From Pseudobdellovibrionaceae bacterium (GTDB lineage: Bacteria; Bdellovibrionota; Bdellovibrionia; Bdellovibrionales; Bdellovibrionaceae), in contig JBDHWW010000076.1 of NCBI GenBank assembly GCA_039810425.1, forward strand, positions 1 through 11,570: a DNA stretch of 11,570 nucleotides, given 5' to 3'. Below are positions 7,624 to 11,570 of this stretch, in pieces; the first letter of the stretch is position 1, and every line of letters begins with the position of its first letter. The position numbers and the translations under genes were made by a program. The notes beneath the pieces are model-generated. The model ran no database searches and was not told the DNA's origin. It was given only the letters and a program-made list of their open reading frames with translations.

Positions 7624-7676
7624 GAGCTGTGGGGGCGGGAAACCGCCCGGCTCTGTTGGCGGTTTACTTCTTTTTC
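7624..7676. terminator. GC-rich hairpins between convergent genes, probable terminator
   Basis: GGGCGG-GAAA-CCGCCC (7633-7648) and the alternative stem AAACCGCC/GGCGGTTT (7640-7647/7658-7665), followed by a T-rich run on +. Confidence 0.55.
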
Positions 7677-8905
7677 TTGCGGCGCTTTTTGGCATTTTCG
7701 AGGCGGGCCTCTTCAGACTCAATCAAGGCTTTTAGGTCCAGGCCGAGGTCGAGAGGTTTTGTGATCATTTCATAGCCGGCTTTGCTGACTTTCATGACGT
7801 CGATCTGCTTGCCGAGCGTTTCTTCGATAGCCGCCAAGAGCGGCTTTTCTTCTTGAGCGCAGAAAGAAACGGCGATGCCTTTGTTAAAGCCACGGCCGGT
7901 GCGGCCGATCCGGTGAACATAGTTCTCGGGATTTTCAGGAAGGTCGTAGTTAATCACGTGAGTCACATTGTTGATATCAATCCCGCGTGCGCTCACGTCG
8001 GTTGCGATCAGAATATGGAATTTGCCATTGCGGAAATCGCGCAAGACCTCCATGCGGTCTGTCTGGTCTTTCTCACCATGTAGTGTACGAGAAGGGATCT
8101 CAGCCCGCTCCAGGGCTTTCGCAACCCGTTCGGCACGGACGCGGGTGCGCACGAAGATAATAAATTTACCTTCGGGATTTTGTTGAATGAACTCCGCCAG
8201 AAAGAAACGCTTGTCATCCATTTCTACAAACATCACAGAGTGTGTGATGTTCTTAGAAACCGGATCTTCCGGAGAAATCTGAATACGGATTGCGCTGCTG
8301 CGAACTTGAGAGTAAGCCAGTTTTTTGATTTCAGCATTGATTGTCGCTGAGAAGAACAAAGTTTGGTGTTTGCGTGGCAGGCGTTTTTTGACGGCCTGAA
8401 CATCATCAATGAATCCCAAATCCAACATGCGATCGGCTTCGTCCAACACGAGTGTCTCGATGTGGTGGAGGTTCAAATACTCCTCACGGATGAGCTCAAA
8501 CATACGTCCCGGAGTCGCGATCAATACGTCGATACCATCTTCGAGTTTTTTGATTTGAGCCGCTTGCTCGACGCCGCCGAAGACCGCAAAGGCACGCACT
8601 TTGGTGTGCTTTGCAATCGAGTTGAATACCTCACCGATCTGCTGCGCCAATTCGCGGGTAGGCACCATCACAAGACACTTAATGCCCAGGGCACGTTTGC
8701 TGGCTTTGTTAGCGTGAATGCCGTTCACAATCGGAATGGCGAAGGCCGCGGTCTTACCAGTTCCGGTTTGGGCGATGGCTAAAACATCCTCGCCCTTCTG
8801 GATCGAAGGAATGGCTTTATACTGAATATCGGTGGTACGGAAAAAACCGAGGTCATGGAGGTTGCGGAGAATGTCTTCAGAGAGGTGGTATTTTTCGAAC
8901 TTCAT
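7664..8905 (-). CDS. DEAD-box ATP-dependent RNA helicase (RhlE-like)
   Basis: Q motif (TDIQ), AQTGTGKT, PTRELA, GG, TPGR, DEAD, SAT, ARGID, HRIGRTGR; short basic tail KKRRKKKK. Confidence 0.95.
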   Translation of the reverse strand: MKFEKYHLSEDILRNLHDLGFFRTTDIQYKAIPSIQKGEDVLAIAQTGTGKTAAFAIPIVNGIHANKASKRALGIKCLVMVPTRELAQQIGEVFNSIAKHTKVRAFAVFGGVEQAAQIKKLEDGIDVLIATPGRMFELIREEYLNLHHIETLVLDEADRMLDLGFIDDVQAVKKRLPRKHQTLFFSATINAEIKKLAYSQVRSSAIRIQISPEDPVSKNITHSVMFVEMDDKRFFLAEFIQQNPEGKFIIFVRTRVRAERVAKALERAEIPSRTLHGEKDQTDRMEVLRDFRNGKFHILIATDVSARGIDINNVTHVINYDLPENPENYVHRIGRTGRGFNKGIAVSFCAQEEKPLLAAIEETLGKQIDVMKVSKAGYEMITKPLDLGLDLKALIESEEARLENAKKRRKKKK

Positions 8906-8912
8906 GGGGGCG

Positions 8913-8921
8913 GTTATAACA
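8913..8921 (-). promoter_or_regulatory. Extended -10 (TGtTATAAC) 7 nt before the helicase ATG; probable leaderless promoter
   Basis: Minus strand reads TGTTATAAC-CGCCCCC-ATG, with no Shine-Dalgarno. Confidence 0.5.
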
Positions 8922-9001
8922 TAACGGGAAAGCCGTCGCTAGGGCCGGGTGGGAGTTGAGTAAAATCAACCCTATAGGGGCCCCTCTCGGGGGCCTCGAA
9001 A

Positions 9002-9289
9002 CTAAGTGGTGCCGAGAGCGATATTGAAGTCGTGCTCTGAAATCGCCTCGATGCCTTCGTCCTCTAAGAGATCCTGCATGAGGACTTGAGCATCCAGAAG
9101 CTTGTCTGAGTCATCCGTCACAAAATTCGTGCGGAAGATGACTTTCTTTTTGGAGCCTGCTGCTCCGATGACAGCCACGGTTCCGTCAATTCCCGTAATG
9201 AAAACGCCACCAAGTTCGTCCGCAACTGCGTTTAACTCATTGAGATGAGTCTTGATCAACTTTGTTGCTTCAGCTTTGAGAGATTGCAT
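9002..9289 (-). CDS. Hypothetical protein, 95 aa
   Basis: ATG with GGGGA RBS, globular alpha/beta-like composition, no overlap with other genes. No family recognised. Confidence 0.7.
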   Translation of the reverse strand: MQSLKAEATKLIKTHLNELNAVADELGGVFITGIDGTVAVIGAAGSKKKVIFRTNFVTDDSDKLLDAQVLMQDLLEDEGIEAISEHDFNIALGTT

Positions 9290-9569
9290 AGGTCCCCGAT
9301 TTTTAAATTATTGTTCAGGTAAAACAACGCCGGAAGCGGGTTTCTAAAAAGCAGACAGCCAGACTCCAACTTTCCCTGAACTCTTGCAAGTACATAAAAG
9401 TATTAACCTTTTGGCCCTCGACAAACAACGATTTTCCGAGGTTTTCGTTGCATAATATAAAAAAGCCACTCAGGAACTGGGATTTCAAGTGGATGCTTTT
9501 GAACAAAGCTTCGGCGATCATGGTCCCCACCGGAAAAATTAGCTAGGTGATTATTTGAGTAAAGACGTC

Positions 9570-9605
9570 TGGACTTTTTGAAATTTTTCTACTATAGTAG
9601 AAAAA
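9570..9605 (+). promoter_or_regulatory. TA-operon promoter (TGGACT-N17-TATAGT) overlapped by a perfect 22-bp palindromic operator
   Basis: -35 at 9570-9575, -10 at 9593-9598. TTTTTCTACTA|TAGTAGAAAAA at 9584-9605 is its own reverse complement. Confidence 0.8.
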
Positions 9606-9607
9606 GA

Positions 9608-9922
9608 ATGATTTACGAATTAAGCATCTACAAACCGCATACGGGCAAAGCCCCTTGTGAAAAGTGGCTCACTTCTTTGAAAGACAAAGCAAATCATTCA
9701 GGCTCGGATAGACCGGGCCGTTTTCGGAAATTTAGGCGACATCAGGGGTCTTGGTGAGGATGTCTTTGAATTTCGGATTGATTACGGTCCAGGATTCGGG
9801 TGTATTTTTCCATTCAAGGACAAAAGATTCTGTTGCTCTTGGTGGGCGGAGATAAGCAAACTCAAAGCAAAGATATTGAAAAAACAAAATTGTATTTAAA
9901 GGATTGGAAAAGTTATGAATAA
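9608..9922 (+). pseudogene. higB: HigB/RelE-type toxin ('addiction module killer protein', HI1419-like), doubly frameshifted
   Basis: Three joined segments: MIYELSIYKPHTGKAPCEKWLTSLKDK / IIQARIDRAVFGNLGDIRGLGEDVFEFRIDYGPGF / RVYFSIQGQKILLLLVGGDKQTQSKDIEKTKLYLKDWKSYE*. Shifts at ~9690 and ~9796; the start frame stops at 9755-9757. GNLGD, E-x-RIDYGPG-x-RVY and LLL-x-GGDK-x-TQ-x2-DI are family hallmarks. Confidence 0.9.
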
Positions 9923-10280
9923 AAAAACGACTACTAAAAAACAGGCGAAGTCTAAAACCGCTTCTTCCAAGCCAGCCGTTAAATATGATGATTGGATTAT
10001 GGAACGCCTGAAAAAAAATAAAAAAGAGGCTTTTGATTATCTCAAAACTTCTCTGGAAGAAAATGCGGATTTCCCTCCTGCTTTTTTGCTTTCACTTCGC
10101 AGGGTTTCCCAAGCCTTTGATATGTCCATGGAAGACATCGCCAAAGAAGCAGGAATTTCCACTGCGACGATTTACAAGGCTCTTGGAGAAAAAGGAAATC
10201 CGACGATTGATACTCTGGCGTCTATATTGAAAACCATGGGCTTCAAACTAACTTTGACGCCGATTGAAAAGGCTTCTTAA
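9915..10280 (+). CDS. higA: HTH (Xre/HigA-type) antitoxin, 'addiction module antidote protein' (HI1420-like)
   Basis: A-x-DYL...PPAFLLSLRRV, HTH MEDIAKEAGISTATIYKAL, GNPTIDTL-x-SILK-x-MG-x-KL. Overlaps the toxin stop by 8 nt. Confidence 0.9.
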   Translation: MNKKTTTKKQAKSKTASSKPAVKYDDWIMERLKKNKKEAFDYLKTSLEENADFPPAFLLSLRRVSQAFDMSMEDIAKEAGISTATIYKALGEKGNPTIDTLASILKTMGFKLTLTPIEKAS

Positions 10281-10286
10281 CTTCTT

Positions 10287-10598
10287 ATGGTGAAGGCAAA
10301 AAATAAAACTTCAAAACAGACATTTAAATACAAAAACGCCAACAAACAAAAAGGGATAATTCTAAGAAGTTTGGATGGTGGTCCTAGTCTTTTTAGAATT
10401 TATGACGCTCGTGGAAGCTTTAAAGACTACGAGATTATCCATCATGATTTATCAGTTCAAATCATGGATGACTCGGCAGAGTTTTTGGAGTCTGCCGATA
10501 AAAAGAAATTCTATCTGGACTACTCCCGAAAAGTTTTGGGACACGACAAGAAATACACTCGCACAAAAAAAGTTTTAAAAGGAGCATTCAATGGCTAA
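10287..10598 (+). CDS. Hypothetical protein, 103 aa, beta-rich core with basic termini
   Basis: Starts 6 nt after the antitoxin stop and overlaps the next start by 8 nt. Core KGIILRSLDG...FRIYD...FKDYEIIHHDLSVQI-x-D...LDYS-x2-VLG. Confidence 0.75.
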   Translation: MVKAKNKTSKQTFKYKNANKQKGIILRSLDGGPSLFRIYDARGSFKDYEIIHHDLSVQIMDDSAEFLESADKKKFYLDYSRKVLGHDKKYTRTKKVLKGAFNG

Positions 10599-10977
10599 GT
10601 TTGACCATGTTTTTATTGCCCCAAAAGATTGGGACAAGACATTTGAGTTTTACAATAAAATTCTGGGCTGGGAACTGGGTCCATCATGGGGTGAAAAAGG
10701 CAAAGAGCCTCGTGGGGCTTATCTCAAAAGCAAAGGTGGAATGACCGTTGTTATCGCCGAAGAACACGAAACGGATGATAATTCATGGACGCATGGGTTT
10801 AACGGACATCGTCCTACGCTTCATCTTGAAGTTGAAAACGTGGATGAGGTCTTTAAACAATTACCCACTGGCACACACATTATTTCTTCCCCACAAAATA
10901 CCCATTGGGGAAGTCGTTGGTTCTTAGTTAAAGACCCTGACAATAATATCATCGCATTTAATTCCCCAGCCAAGTAA
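10591..10977 (+). CDS. VOC (glyoxalase/bleomycin-resistance) family protein
   Basis: FDHVFIAPKD...FY-x2-ILGW, LHLEVENVDEVF, P-x2-THWGSRWFLVKDPDNNII. AAGGAG RBS at 10579-10584. Confidence 0.9.
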   Translation: MAKFDHVFIAPKDWDKTFEFYNKILGWELGPSWGEKGKEPRGAYLKSKGGMTVVIAEEHETDDNSWTHGFNGHRPTLHLEVENVDEVFKQLPTGTHIISSPQNTHWGSRWFLVKDPDNNIIAFNSPAK

Positions 10978-10979
10978 TT

Positions 10980-11009
10980 AAAGCCCCTTTGATGGGGCTT
11001 TTCATTTTT
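10980..11009 (+). terminator. Intrinsic terminator of the TA-VOC operon
   Basis: AAAGCCCC-tttgat-GGGGCTTT followed by TCATTTTT, immediately after the VOC stop. Confidence 0.85.
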
Positions 11010-11133
11010 CAATTCCCTACGCTTCCACATTCACAAAAGTTGGATTTTGCTCTTAACAAAGTCATGCCCTGACGGTCATTAAACTTTGCCGAGCAAATTC
11101 GGTTTGTATATTTATTTTTGCGAGTGTTCGCTT

Positions 11134-11188
11134 CTCCTTTTGTCGTTGTCCCCAGCCGTAGGTGAGGAACAACTAAAAACAAAAGGAG
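11134..11188 (+). promoter_or_regulatory. RBS-sequestering RNA hairpin in the leader of the small ORF
   Basis: CTCCTTTTGT (11134-11143) is the exact reverse complement of ACAAAAGGAG (11179-11188). Nested inner stem GTTGT/ACAAC (11145-11149/11169-11173). Confidence 0.6.
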
Positions 11189-11194
11189 TTTCCC

Positions 11195-11332
11195 TTGAAA
11201 AATGAAATCAAGTTCATCAATCCAGATAAAATCTCTGTCGCTAAAAATGGGTCTCTATTGATTTGGATTTCTAAATCCGTAGTCATCAGTCTTCATCCTA
11301 ATTATTTGGCGAAGATTTTATCTAACGCCTGA
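11195..11332 (+). CDS. Small hypothetical protein, 45 aa
   Basis: AAGGAG 6 nt before a TTG start. MKNEIKFINPDKISVAKNGSLLIWISKSVVISLHPNYLAKILSNA*. Below the ORF-track cut-off. Confidence 0.6.
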   Translation: MKNEIKFINPDKISVAKNGSLLIWISKSVVISLHPNYLAKILSNA

Positions 11333-11355
11333 CGCGAAGGTCCCCGCCCCTTGGG

Positions 11356-11494
11356 CTTACTATTACCCACAAGTTGAACCACCTTTGAACAGGACGTAGT
11401 CCTCTGCGATGTCATTGAGTCGCTGCCAACCACGCCAGAGAGTTATGATTCCAGGCTCTCCGTCTCCTTTGCGAGCAAGAAAACCCCCTAACAT
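11356..11494 (-). mobile_element. Right end of an IS4-family, IS50/Tn5-like insertion sequence
   Basis: 19-bp end CTTACTATTACCCACAAGT (11356-11374) matches the Tn5 outside end CTGACTCTTATACACAAGT at 15/19 positions. The transposase stop codon lies inside this IR. Confidence 0.88.
11363..11494 (-). pseudogene. C-terminal fragment of a Tn5-like transposase (dimerisation domain)
   Basis: MLGGFLARKGDGEPGIITLWRGWQRLNDIAEDYVLFKGGSTCG*. LGG-x4-K-x-DG-x-PG-x2-TLWRG is the IS50-group C-terminal motif. The frame is closed by TGA four codons upstream, within the adjacent element. Confidence 0.88.
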
Positions 11495-11570
11495 TGTCCG
11501 ATTTCACCGATTTGACCACCCTAATTTCACCAAGTTTGACCACTCACTGAGGTGGTTGGCGGACCGAAGG
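11495..11570. mobile_element. Terminus of a second transposable element (IS21-family-like end), continuing beyond the window
   Basis: Begins 5'-TGT exactly where transposase similarity stops. Tandem imperfect repeats ATTTCACCGA-TTTGACCAC (11501-11519) and ATTTCACCAAGTTTGACCAC (11524-11543) resemble reiterated transposase-binding sites. Confidence 0.65.

Noticed and set aside
6055..8782. Opposite-strand or alternate-frame ORFs within the hydrolase, lipoprotein and helicase genes
   Set aside because: Shadow ORFs of well-supported genes.
8955..8996. Cluster of small palindromes (GTTGA/TCAAC, CCCTATAGGG, GGCCCC/GGGGCC)
   Set aside because: Possibly a 3' stem for the 95-aa gene, but there is no adjacent U-tract and no recognisable RNA family.
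9315..9530. 71-aa minus-strand ORF upstream of the TA promoter
   Set aside because: No convincing RBS spacing or motif; likely non-coding or a decayed remnant.
11501..11543. Two ~20-bp direct repeats considered as a CRISPR array start or iterons
   Set aside because: They are only 4 nt apart with no spacer-length gap, and they follow a TGT terminus that truncates a transposase; better explained as transposon end repeats.
1..11570. tRNA, rRNA, CRISPR array, known riboswitch, retron or integron att sites
   Set aside because: None recognised by eye on either strand; an Infernal/Rfam scan would be needed to exclude them formally.

Overview
This is bacterial chromosomal DNA, most likely from a Bdellovibrio-like organism (Bdellovibrionota); that is inferred from gene content and style, not from a search. 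The left ~9.3 kb is roughly 50% GC by eye. It carries a minus-strand dihydroorotase-YciB/IspZ-lipoprotein operon whose last gene is truncated, a membrane-anchored coiled-coil protein paired with an exported HEAT-repeat protein, and a signal-peptide protein with a PD-(D/E)xK nuclease motif. It also holds a stand-alone Cys6His2 (ZZ-like) zinc-finger protein resembling the N-domain of bacterial ZZ-histones, a group II truncated hemoglobin, an alpha/beta hydrolase, a lipoprotein and a DEAD-box helicase. From ~9.3 kb the sequence is visibly AT-richer and island-like. There, a HigB/RelE-type toxin is broken by two frameshifts (missed by the ORF track) and sits behind a promoter with a perfect 22-bp palindromic operator. 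It is followed by an intact HTH antitoxin, an unknown protein, a VOC protein and a terminator. Next come an unannotated 45-aa ORF whose ribosome-binding site is locked in a long hairpin, the 3' end of an IS50/Tn5-like element, and the terminus of a second (IS21-like) element inserted into it. Two recurring themes are 3'-truncated gene remnants and apparently leaderless or near-leaderless promoters.
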